Source of the DNA: Fonticula alba ATCC 38817
Taxonomy: Eukaryota > Protista > Nucleariida
Length of the DNA: 29,757 nt
Reading direction: 5' to 3' (one strand)
Assembly: GCA_000388065.2 (NCBI GenBank)
Contig: KB932205.1
A program made the translations under genes and the position numbers. Shown piece after piece: positions 19,001-29,757 of this stretch; positions within the stretch are counted from its first letter, which is position 1; each line of letters begins with the position of its first letter. The notes beneath the pieces were generated by a model that was not told where the DNA came from, did not search any database, and worked only from the letters and a program-made list of their open reading frames with translations.

Positions 19001-22000
19001 GGCGGACCTGCCACGATCGCTGGGGGAGGCACTCGGCCCCGGCGGCCGGGAGTCGATTCCTGATCGATGCACGCGGGTGAGCGGGCCGATTGTCACGGTC
19101 GGACGTGCGACCGACCTGGCCACCTTCCTGGCCGTCAGCAAGCTCCGCCTTCTGTCAGCGGTATGTGCCCCTGGGACACCCTTGGCATTCTTCTCTTGGC
19201 ATGGCCCTTTTGCTGACTCCGCCCCCTTCCCCTCCCCGCCTCCTGGCCTATGTCTCCAGGGCGTCAGCCTCCATGATGAGATGGACATGCTCATGGCCGG
19301 GTATTCGTCTCGCGTGAAGCCCTTCTTCGCGGAGTACTACCGGCAGTCCCTGGACAGCCTGGCTCGAGGCACCAGCGCCACGGCCGGCTCCGGCATCGGG
19401 CTGGTTGGGTTTGCCCTCGGCGGGGCCGGCGGCGGGCTCTTTGATGATGGCTTGGCCGGCCGGTACCCGGGTGTCGGGGTCATGGATGCCCGGGGGTTCG
19501 CCGCCCCCGGCGGCCAGGCGGCCAATGTGGCGGCGGCCATCCCCCCGGCCCCCCCCTCGCTGGTGTTCCTGGAGGGGTGTCTTCTCCGGTGGAATGACTC
19601 CCTGCCGTTGAGTGTGTGCGCGCAGTCGGGCTTCTTCTCCAGTGCCGGCCTGGCCGAGGTGGCTGGGGTGGTGCTGTCGGTGCAGGGGTCACGCAGTGGC
19701 GGGGTCCGCGCGGACCCCGGCACATCGGGCACCCTGCGCCCCGGGGCCGGGGCCGGCGGGGAGTCCGCTGGTGTTCCTGGAGGGGTGTCTTCTCCGGTGG
19801 AATGACTCCCTGCCGTTGAGTGTGTGCGCGCAGTCGGGCTTCTTCTCCAGTGCCGGCCTGGCCGAGGTGGCTGGGGTGGTGCTGTCGGTGCAGGGGTCAC
19901 GCAGTGGCGGGGTCCGCGCGGACCCCGGCACATCGGGCACCCTGCGCCCCGGGGCCGGGGCCGGCGGGGAGTCCGGCTCGCCGCTCATCCTGCTCACTGT
20001 GCCGGTGGCGACGTTGGACTTGCGCCGGGCTGCCGGGTTCCAGGAGTCGAAGTCCACCTCGCGAGGCGCCTCGCGCCATGGCTCGGCGCATGACCTGACC
20101 GCGGCCCTGCTGGACTCCGGGGATGCGACCGGGCTCGGGGCCGGCCTGGATGCCGGGCCTTTGGGCGGCACTGGCGGGTCCTCCTCCGGTGAGCGTCCCT
20201 CCCCGAGCCGCATGCAGTTGGACATCCCGCGGATCTTCCTGCGCCTGGCCATGCCGGCCACGTCGGACATCGGCCTGGGCAGTTTGCTCGTATCGGAGCT
20301 GACTTCGGTCGGGGTGCTGGCACAGTCGCTGATGGATGCCTTGGCCTGGCGCCGGGCATTGGTGGTGGCTCTCGTGGCTCATGTGTCGCATGTGCGGCAC
20401 CTGGCCGGCCACGGTGGCCCGGGCAGCGATCCGGACTACTTGAAGAATGCCAGCGGTCTGTGGCGCCTTGGCAATCGCGCGCACATCACCAATCCCGGCT
20501 GGCTGCAGGCCAGCCATCTGCGCAGTGTGGCCGCCCGGCTGCCGCACGCCGAACGCCAGGCCCTGGAAATGCTGGTCAGCCAGGCCGCCGGCCAGCGCTT
20601 CCTTCCCCGCCCGGGGGACTTGTCTCCGGAGGTGAGCCCGGGCGCGGTTCCCCCGGCCCCGGCCGAGAGCTTTGGCTCTTGCTCGCTGCTGGCGTCGGTC
20701 CTGCGGCGCTCCTGCCGGGTGCGATACGCCGACCGGTGCCGGGCATATGTCATGGTGACCCAGCGGCCTCCTCCGACCTTCCTGTCAACCAGCCACCTGG
20801 TTGAGTATGCGCGGCGTTGCCTGCGGCACTGGCGCGCGTGGGACGTGGGGTCCCGGCCGAGCGGGCTCTTCCGCATGCTCGGTCCGCATCTCTACTCGCC
20901 GGCCAACTACCCGCGGACCGTGCGCTGGGGCCGGCCCCGGGGTGGGGACCCGGGGGCTTCGCACTTGGATGAGGAAGACGCGCTGTTGGCCCCGGGTGCC
21001 GGGGCGTCGGACCCCGGGGTGCCGCATGTGGCTGGGCCTGCCGGCACGCCCGGCCTGGCTGCCATGGCCGATGAGCTGATGGCCCCGCCGGAGCGCGAAT
21101 TGGCCGGTCGCCGTGCGGACGAGCTGCTCGTCCTGCGCCTGGGGCTGGCACAGGTGACCTAGATCGGAAGAGCACACGTTGCCGGGGCGTCGGACCCCGG
21201 GGTGCCGCATGTGGCTGGGCCTGCCGGCACGCCCGGCCTGGCTGCCATGGCCGATGAGCTGATGGCCCCGCCGGAGCGCGAATTGGCCGGTCGCCGTGCG
21301 GACGAGCTGCTCGTCCTGCGCCTGGGGCTGGCACAGGTGACCTTCGCCGACACGGTTTTCGGCCTGAGCCTGGCTGATATCGAAGTCCGGGCGCGGCTTC
21401 CACGCGGCCTGGCCGGCGAGCATCCCTATCTGGCCGGCGGCGCGGACACGCGGAGCCCGGCGCTGGGGGCCGCCGACACGGCCCCGACGGCCGGCCGGCC
21501 TGTCCTCCTGTCCGGGCGCTTGGCCTTGGTGGAAACGCGCATCAGTCTGCCGGGGCTGCTGGCCATGGCCACCATGGCCCGGCCGCTGGTGGACTCGGCC
21601 CTGGAGGCCCTTGCCACCCTCAATGGGCCTGCCAATGCTGGCGGTGGTGCCGCGACCGCCGGCGCCTCCGGCGCTCTCCCGGTGGACCACTTCTACTTGG
21701 ACAGCTTGCCAACTTCGGAGGCGATGCCCACCCCGGCCGCCCCGGTGGCCGGTGGCGCCGGCCCGGACAACGGGCTCTCCGACCGGCCGGTGGTGCTGAA
21801 TATCAGCACTTGCTTCAGCCTTGGCCGCTTGATCTTGGCCTTAGATGGGCTGTCTTCGGATGCCGTGGTCCCGGGCCCCGGGCGCCGGACGGGGGCCTCT
21901 TCGCATGAGGCCCACTCGCCGCGCAGCACGCCACGCGCCACGCCGGCCAACCTTCCGCGCTCCATCCGCCGGGCTCGGTCCTCTTCCTCGTCGGCGGTCG

Positions 22001-24889
22001 GCCCGCATCCGAGCGCCGCCGCGGCCGCCCCCGGGCAGGAGCCCTCCTCTCCGACGGCTGGCCTGGGATTTGTGCCAGCCTCCACTGCGGCCCCCTCCTC
22101 CGGGCCCGCTGCCCCGGTGGAGCTGGGCGTGCGCTTCGAGCTGGATCGCCTTCGGGCGGCCTTCATCAGCCGACCCCCGGGCGTCGCTGGCGCCGGGACC
22201 GATGACCCGACCCCGGAACGGGGGTCGCTTCTATTGCGTCTGTCCATGCACCAGGCCGGCTTCTTCCTTAGCCGGCAGACGTGTCCCTCGGAGGGGGACA
22301 TGCCCGGGGGGTCGGATTCCCGGCCGGCCAGCCCGGCCGACTCGCCCTCGGGCCCCAGCACCCCGGCCCCGACGGCCACGCCGGTGGATTTGCTCTGCCT
22401 CGGTGGGGGCGGGCTGGATGTGCGGTGTTGGTTCCCGCGGCCGGCTCCCGAAGCCGGGGGCCCCCGGGCCCCGGGCCAGGACGCCGGCCCCGGCCTCGCG
22501 TCCTCCTCGGTGCGCGTGCACCTCGACAGTTTGGCCTTGGCCACGCTGGAGGATTGCGACCTGGAGACCGTGGTGCTGGCCGTGTCGCCGGTGGCCGTCC
22601 ACTGGCTGACGATCATCCTCCCGTGGTTCTTGGCCGCCATGGCGCCGGCCGGCTCCCGCGCCAGCCGGACCGACCCCGGGCCCGGGCCCACACGTTCGGC
22701 CAGCCGACGCGGGTCTTCCAGCAGCTTGGCCCCCTCGCCCGGGCCCAGTCCCATGGACCACTTCCAGCATGCCTACCAGTCGCCGGAGATGGGGGCCAGT
22801 CGACCGACCACGCCGACCCCGGCCGCCCTGGCCATGTCTCCCCTGCCTCCGGGGCCGCCGCCGACCACGCCGCCGCCCGGGTCCGGCGCACGCCACTCCA
22901 AGTCCCTCTCATCCGGGTCCATCTCCTCGGCCTCGTCGTGCTCCGGCGTGTCCACCTACTCCGTGGACCGGACCATTTGCCCGGCGGCCTTCGAGGCGAT
23001 CATGCCTTCTGCCCGGCCGCACAGCATGCTGCGCATTTACTCCGACACATCGGCCGTGTCGATGGCAGACTCCTTGGCTGCTCGCTTTGGCCTGGGTGAT
23101 GGGCCAGGGGGGCCGCCTCCGCCGGTGCCCCCGCCGCCCACCCCGGGCTCGCCGGTGTCGATGCCGGCCCCGGTGCCGGCCCCGGATGACGGGTCGCACC
23201 TGCCCGCCGGGGCCCCGGCCCCGGTGCCTGCCGGGGCCCCGGCGGCCGGAGATCGGCCCCAGTCGGATTTGCCGCGCGCCGGTGTCATGGTGTCCTTCCG
23301 GCTCCGTCGAGCGACCATTCGCCTGGCGCCGGTGCTGATCGAGCTGCCGGTGATGGAGCTGCACTTGTCCCTCCGTCGCCATCAGGCCCAGATGCCGCTG
23401 GCGTCGTTGGCCGCGCTGGCCAGCGGCCTGCCGGCCAATCTGGTGGATCTCTGGGCCGGGCCCTTTGCCCCGGCTGCCCAGCCGACTGCCGACCCGGAGA
23501 CCCTGGTCCTCCCGCGGCAAACGGCCGACCGCCTGAGTGTGGCTCTTCACATCTTCTCCGGCACCTACCTGTCCATCGGGTCGATCGGGGCGCGGGTGCG
23601 GGCCGGGGCTCAGCTTCGTGCCTGTCTCGATTGGGGCCGCATGGTTCGGCTGTCACGCTCGGGCGGGCTCAGCCACCGCTGGGTGCCGCTGGCGCCTCGC
23701 TTGCAGGCGCACGCCTTTTCCGACTCGCGCCGGGGCCAGTGTGCCGGCTGCGATGACGACGCCGCCGTCGGGGCCGAGGGCGGTGCCGACACCAGCGCCA
23801 CCTGCGTCGGGGCCTGTGTCCCGGCTCTGGCCTTCGACGTGCAGCCGGGCGATGTGGTGGCCCTGCTGCAGCAGCTTGATCGGACCCTGCGTGCGGCCGA
23901 GCCGCTGCTGGAAGTCCTGCGCGCTGGCGTGCCTCTCTTCGCGCCCGGCGCCGGGCTGGGACCGGATGAGCTGTCGCCCGGGAGCCCGGGCCCGGGCTCG
24001 CCGCCGTCTCCCGGGCCGGCCGCAAGCCCCGCTGATGCACCGGCCGCGGGGCGCTCCCCTAACGATGCGCCGACGCTGACGCGGATTTCCAGCCTCTCGG
24101 CCGGCACTCGGGCCGGCTTGACCCGGCGCGGGTCGTCCGGCTCCACCGACCGGGAGACCGGGGCAGCGGTGGCCACACGGCTCGGAGCCGGCCGGCATTC
24201 CGGCACGGCCCCCCCTTCGGCGCCGCACCTGGCCCGGCGCATTGCCTCGTCGCAGTCGCATCCGGACTTCCCGAGCTCCTTCGGGTCGGTGCGCTTTGCG
24301 GCGGAGGCATCCGGACCCGGGGCCGGGTGTGGATCCGGGCCGGGGCCGGGGCCGGGGCCGGGGCCGGCAACAAGCGAGCCGCCCATGCCGGGGCCCGGTT
24401 CCGAGGCTCCGGCGCTGGGCCTGCGCTTCCGCCTCGGGGTGTATGTTCGCCCGCCGCCCCTGTGCATCACCTGGCCGACCGCCATCGGGTCCTTCGTGCT
24501 GCGCTTCGGCGTGGCCCAGATCACCGAGCGCGGGATTTGCCACGCCCGCCTGACGGCCTCCGTCAACCAGCAACCCTCTCCGCTGCTGGCTGACCGGGCC
24601 TCCCCGGCCGATGGCAAGAGCCTGGACCTGGTGCATGTGTCCCTGCGGGAGCTTCGAATTGGGGCCGAGCATCGGCACTTCCGCGGGTCCCTTGACGAGC
24701 TCATCGCCCGGGTGGCTCTGACCCATGAGCAGGCCCTTCAGGCCCTGGTTCTGTCGCTGTTGCCGCTGCTGCACTTCCGATCGGCCGGCGCGAAGGCCTG
24801 GGCCACCGAGCGCACGGGCACATCACCGGGCCTGCCACCCGGGAACCCGGATGCCGGGGCATCCACCACGTCCCTCGGCTCGTCGTCCT

Positions 24890-24920
<31 letters not shown>

Positions 24921-26349
24921 TGCCACGGCCACCGGCGGGGCTGGCCTGCCCTCGCCCTCGCCAAGCATGGCCTCCTCGACGACGGCCGCGGCGTTTGTGG
25001 TTTTCCAAATCCGCGGCATCGATGTCGGCCTGACGCGCGTGGCTGCCGAAGATGCGCCGGCGCCGGCGCCTGAGGATCTTGCCGCGCGCGACCCGCTCGG
25101 CTCCTCGGGCCAAGCCACTGCCCCGGGGGCCCTGCCCCAGCGTGCACTCTCCCGTGCTCGCCGAACGCGAACCATCTCCCTGTCCGAGCAGACATGGCAC
25201 TCGCTGGCCTCTGGCGCCGGGTCTCCAGTGGCGGCCGCCGTCCTGGCCACCAGCACGGCCAGCAGTGCCAGCAGCCTGCGCAGTGGCTCGCCGCCCATCT
25301 CGCGTGCCGCCAGTCCGACCCCCTTGCGCTCGGGCTTCCGGCCTTTGGTCGACTCGGCGAGCCACGGCTCGCTGGCGGCATCGGCCCCGGTGTCCGACTT
25401 GCCCGGCGGCGAACCGGCCCCGGGTGGCCTGCGCCTGGGGATCTCCTTCCATGGGCTACACCTGTCGGTGGAGCATGCTGGCGGGCTGGGCGGGGCCCCA
25501 TCGGCCCCGGGCCGGGCCCGAGCTCCCGGGCCCTCGGGCTTGGAGTCCGCCTCCGAGTCTGACCGCCTGGTGTCGCGACTGCTGGAGGGCCGCGACGCGT
25601 CGGCGCGCGTCGGCCTGTCGCGCCTGACGGTGGCGGTGTCCCGGTCACCGGCCCTTGGCGGGCGTGGGGACATCCGCATCCGCGAGCCGCATGTCATCAT
25701 CGATGGCCGGCTGGTGGGCACCCTGCTGACGGTCTTCCTAATTGCCGACCGTCTGTATGACCTGGTCGAGGGGTATCGCACGGGGAAGCGCTTGCCCGTT
25801 TCCTCGGCCGCCTCTTCGCCGGCCACGCCGCGCGGGCCGATGTCGCCGCTGGCCCCGGTGTCCGGCTCGCGCGAGACGGTCGACATGGCGGAGCCCACAT
25901 CGCCGACCTCCTCCTCCGCCTCGACGTCAGACCCATCGCCGGCCCCGGTGCCCGCCGCTTCTGCCGCCGTGGCGCTCTTCGACCCGTGGTCCGTGCGCCA
26001 GCTGCGCGCCGATGTGGACCCCCTGCTGTTTGTCATTCGCACCACCCGACTTTCCGGCTCGAATGCCACGCCGTCCGATGCCCCGGCTCCGGAGGCCTCG
26101 GGACACCATATCCTCTTCCGGTTGCCGCGGCTGCGTGCACGCCGTCGTGGGGCATTGGCCGTTGTCCGCACCACGACCCCTCTGGATGTGGCCCTGTCGC
26201 CGGAAGGCGTGACCGGCTTCGTCAGCGATTGCGTGGAGTTCCTGCCGGATGCCCACCGTCAGGGACAGGCAACCAAGCGCCTGCTGTCGTCCCAAAGGGC
26301 ACCCCCCTCGATGGCCGAAATGGCCGAGGCTCGCCTGCAGCAGCAGCGG

Positions 26350-26383
<34 letters not shown>

Positions 26384-29300
26384 GCCCGGCCATTGGCGAG
26401 GGCAGTGCCCCGCTGGCGGTTGGCGAGCCCCCTTTGAAGGTGGTGGTTCGCGTGCTCCCCGTGCAGCTGACCCTTCTCCCGCCAAACATCGACCCGGCCG
26501 GTCTGGGGACTGACGGTGCCCCGGCCGGACGCCGGGCCCCCTCCAGGTGGAAGGTGACCTTCGGCCTGGATCAAGGCCTGCGAGCGGTGGTGTGCTTGGC
26601 TTCCGATGCGCCGGCGGACCTTGGCCCGGCATGCTTGTCTGGCCTGTCACTGGCCAGCCTGGCTGTGTCGGTCCCGGCCGTGGCCGCGCGCTTGGAAGCG
26701 GTGACCACCGGCCCGGAGAAGACCGCCCCCACGGCCTCCGGGCCCGGTGTCGCGCCGGCCCCGCCGGTGGACCCGGGCTCCGGCCCGACCGTGGCCAGCT
26801 TGAGCCTTCATCAGATCACCCTGTCGGCCGAAAGCCGCGCCGGGCTCTTTGCCTCGGGTCCTGATGGCTCTTTGCGCCGGGAGCAGACGTCCCTGGTGTT
26901 GGCGGTGGCGTCGGCCGATCTGTCGGCCCACTGGCGACACCTTCGCAGCTTGGAATGGCGCCAGATGGAGTCCGCCTGGATAGCTCCCTTTGTGGAGATT
27001 GTGTCCGATGCCAAGGCCCGGGCGCTCTTCCGGCTGGTGACGCTGGCGCCCCCGGGACCGGCCGCCACCCCGGCCCCGGGGACCGGCCCCGACATGGACG
27101 TTCTCCCGGCCGCCAGCCACTCGGCCACCCATTCTCCGGATATGGTTCTCTTCGAGAAGGGGCGCCTGCGGATGGCCCTGTCACTGGCCTCGGCTCGGGT
27201 GGCTCTCTTTTCCACGCGAGGCAATCGGCCACTGGTGGAAATCCTCCTTGCGAAATTGCTCTTCCGCGCGGCTCTCACCACCCTGCTGCTGTACCCGGCG
27301 CCGGAGGATGTGGGTCCATCCCCGTCGCCCGGCGGCTCGCCCCCCAACATGGAGGCCGGGCCGTCGTCTGGTGGTGGCGGCAACGGCCCGGTCGCCGCGG
27401 CGGATGCCCGGCAAACCAAGCAAACACGCCTCTCACAGGCAGGCCTGTCTCTGGAGCGCCTGGCTGTGGCCGTGGCTCACGCCGGCCGGCCGGGCTTCCT
27501 CGCCGAGTTGGTCCTGCGTGACTTGTCCCTTTCGCTGAGAAACCGCTTCCGCAAGTCGGCAAAGGCATCGGCCTTCCTGAGGGCGGTGGCATTGCACATG
27601 GACAGCATGTCCTCTGGGACCACGACCGCCGCCGCCGCCGCCGCCGCCAGCACCTCTGGGCCATCGACGACCCTCTCCGGCCGGCGCCTGGCCCGCGCAC
27701 GCCTTGGCCCCATCTCCCTGACGGCCACCGGCCAGTGGACCCCCCTGGCCGTGGGCTTCGCCGATCTTCCCCTTGGCAAGGCTCGGCCACCGGCCGCCGC
27801 CAGGAATACCCCCTGCTCCGGGTTCGCCGGGCTCCTGCTGCTGGATGTGGATGCCGTGTGTGGAGGCCTCAATGTGGATCTGACGCGCGAGGCCCTGCGC
27901 GTGGCACTGCGCAGCGCCCGGCAGGCGTCTGCCCTTCTGCGCGCGGCCTCCAGCTCCGCCTCCACCGGGACCTCTTTGTCTCTCCTCTTGGGAAGCTTCC
28001 TCCCGGCCAGCCAGGCCGCCGCGGCACACCCCCAGCACCAGCCCGCCTCCGGGGGCCCGGCCGCGCCGGCCCTGTCGGCGATCGATGCCGCCGCCACCGG
28101 TGCCCGCACACTGCTGCACTACACCGGCATCTTCGCCCGGACGGACATCCTCTCTTCGGTGACGACCAGCGTGCGCCTTCTTGCCACGCGTGTTGTGCTG
28201 GCCAAGTCCTCGCTGGCTCGTCGTGGCCCCGGAGCAGCCGGGTCGGTGGTTGCCCGGCTGGATGCCCTGGCCCTGACGGCTCTCCTTTCGGCGCACCCGA
28301 ATGGCACCCTGTCGGAATTGGCCCAAGAGCTCATGGTGGCCGAGTTGCTGGCGGCCGATGTCCTCCGACAGCTGGCCCTGCTGTCTTTGCCGGCCGGCAC
28401 GCTGTCCGGGCTGACCCGTCGGGTGCAGGCCATTTTGGCCAGTCCAAATGCCGCGCCGGTGATCGAGCGCAGTGTCAATCTCTCGCTCGAGGGGCTGCGC
28501 GTTATCCGGCGCCTGCCGCTGGTCGCCGGCAAGGGTGGCGCCGCGCTGGCAATCAGTGACTCGGCCGAGCCGGGGGCCGGGTCGATGCCGGGCACGGGGG
28601 CCGATCTTCCCCCGGGTGGGGAATCGACCGAGGCGCTGACCGCCTTTTCGCGTTTGCCCACCTTTGCCGCGGATGCCGGGACCGATTTCATTGGCTCGGA
28701 GAATGTGGCCCTCTTGCCGCAGGCTGAACTTCTGCTGGATACCTGGCAAATGTCGCCGGACCTCCTGCGCTTCATGATGCAGCTGGCCATCGGCCAAACA
28801 GCCGCCAACCCCCTCGGCATCCTTCCCCTGCCTCCGGTGTACTACACCCTGAATTTGGACTATGGCGGCCGACCGGCCGATCTCACGCTGCACGGCGGCC
28901 ACTACCACTTCATGACGGAGCTCATCCTGTCGGTGGTCGGCCTCTTCCGGGCGGAGTCGGCCTCTGCGCACCGGCGGCCCGGCGGCCCGGGCGATGCCGG
29001 ACCCGCACGCCCGGGCGCCAGCTCCGGCGATCCCCTGTCTTCGGCCACGGTGGCCTCGGCCCTGGCAAATGCCGAGCAGGTGGCGGCCTCGGCTGCGGCG
29101 GCCGCTGCTGCGGTGGCCGCCCGTCGCGGTGGCGCCGGCGCCTCGGCTCCCCTGCATGCCTCCATCCCTGTGCCGGTCCCTCGCGTGCCGGCTGTCGCCG
29201 TGCCGACCACCGTGCCACCGGCTGCCGATGTGCCCGCGGCCGACGCCACCGAGGCAGCCATCCGCATGAAACCACTGGTGGAGCCCCGGCTGACCTTGCC

Positions 29301-29637
29301 GCGGATTTCGGCCCTCGGCGCCACCACCGACACGATCGTCAACTTGGTGGACTGGTTTTCGGCCAAGCGCAAGACCTCCGGCGATCCTGGCGACGCCGCT
29401 CCGGGGCCTGCCTCGGCCGGGGCCGAGGCGTCGACATTGCCCGTGGCCACGGGCAGCGCCTCGCTCACGCCGGGCGGCCCTGAGCAGCAAGCAACCCCGG
29501 CCTCGGCTGTGGAAGCCTTGACCAAGGCCGATTCGCTTCTGACCATGGCGGCCACAGACCTGGCACTGACGGCTCAACGCCTCCTTGCCGGGCCTGTGGA
29601 GCAGCTTTTGGACCAGGCAGTTGATTTGCTCGTGTAG
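13014..29637 (+). CDS. BLTP1: Bridge-like lipid transfer protein family member 1 (BLTP1/KIAA1109/Csf1/Tweek/LPD-3), about 5,179 aa after correction
   Basis: Exons 13014-16061, 16189-16496, 16807-18362 (donor tentative), 18520-19160 and 19260-29637. Removing the 208-nt and 183-nt artefactual duplications gives 15,540 nt, or 5,180 codons including the stop. Csf1-type motifs appear in order: TM LIFGTYILVLAIMSVFFVHFAG; SISLTSLLSGQLLLRGVRL..RYWL; VSIFNRS; WELDLMVQNATIRYGPWADRERARLMSHFFP; LRVPTRE; AWLD; WSFDV; VLRDHAELIIDLISDF; LPVNEANII; ENYLGDDLAFQT. The C-terminal PRLTLPRISALGATT...QRLLAGPVEQLL resembles the FSA_C end. Confidence 0.9.
16527..16683 (+). repeat. 157-nt uninterrupted pyrimidine tract including (TCTTCTTC)9 at 16541-16612, in BLTP1 intron 2 (16497-16806)
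   Basis: Read directly; no purine between 16527 and 16683. Confidence 0.9.
18002..18055 (+). repeat. (GCCCCG)9 coding repeat encoding (Ala-Pro)9 in BLTP1
   Basis: Nine perfect hexamers in the frame of exon 3. Confidence 0.9.
19558..19975 (+). repeat. Exact 208-bp tandem duplication within BLTP1 exon 5 that causes a frameshift (probable artefact)
   Basis: 19558-19765 equals 19766-19973, with 2-nt CG microhomology at the junction. 208 is 3n+1, and removing one copy joins ORF 18348-19805 (frame 3) to ORF 19612-21162 (frame 1). Confidence 0.9.
20997..21343 (+). repeat. Artefactual 164-bp duplication (20997-21160 and 21180-21343) joined by Illumina adapter, creating a false TAG in BLTP1
   Basis: AGATCGGAAGAGCACACGT at 21161-21179. 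The adapter creates TAG at 21160-21162. Removing 183 nt restores the reading frame. Confidence 0.95.
26338..26382 (+). repeat. CAG-rich repeat encoding QQQRQ11 in BLTP1
   Basis: 15 codons: 13 CAG, 1 CAA and 1 CGG. Confidence 0.9.
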
Positions 29638-29757
29638 CAGGCGGGGGGGGGGGGGGGGGGGGGCGGAGGAAGCGCGGCCAATGGCTCGCCCCCGTCCCCA
29701 GGGGGCCGTTCCCCACTCTTGGCCAAGATGGGAATCCCATCGATGACGACCCTTCTC

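Noticed and set aside
27433-29577. 714-aa minus-strand ORF and other long antisense ORFs over BLTP1
   Set aside because: Expected in GC-rich coding DNA where antisense stops are rare. The peptides are Arg/Gly/Pro-rich with no motifs.
21202-29637. Independent 2811-aa gene, or programmed readthrough or frameshift linking the BLTP1 ORFs
   Set aside because: The stop is created by Illumina adapter sequence and the frameshift by an exact duplication, so no recoding signal is needed.

Overview
This is a GC-rich, intron-containing eukaryotic draft-assembly window with three N gaps (3863-4435, 7908-8001, 12392-12616). The gene style suggests a microbial opisthokont such as a Fonticula-like protist, but that is only an inference. 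Four genes are supported after manual splicing. (1) CCT2, chaperonin subunit beta, minus strand, 1728-3761; its first coding exon is not visible. (2) A USP36/USP42-family deubiquitinase with an RGG tail, minus strand, 5678-8687, 5 exons, 792 aa. (3) A 544-aa protein with a CRAMP1/TKI1-like domain but no visible SANT domain, minus strand, 10087-11721. (4) A giant BLTP1/Csf1/KIAA1109 bridge-like lipid transfer protein, plus strand, 13014-29637, about 5,179 aa after removing 4 introns and two duplications. Four exact duplications are joined by Illumina adapter sequence (144-162, 559-582, 992-1010, 21161-21179) and are assembly artefacts. One of these, plus an adapter-free 208-bp duplication, breaks BLTP1. 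I found no tRNA, rRNA, CRISPR array or mobile element, and no convincing novel multi-gene system. The best leads are the splice-donor consensus (no +4A in 11 of 11 introns), the SANT-less CRAMP1/TKI1-like protein and the reconstructed BLTP1 with a possible signal peptide. All family assignments come from recalled motifs, not database searches.
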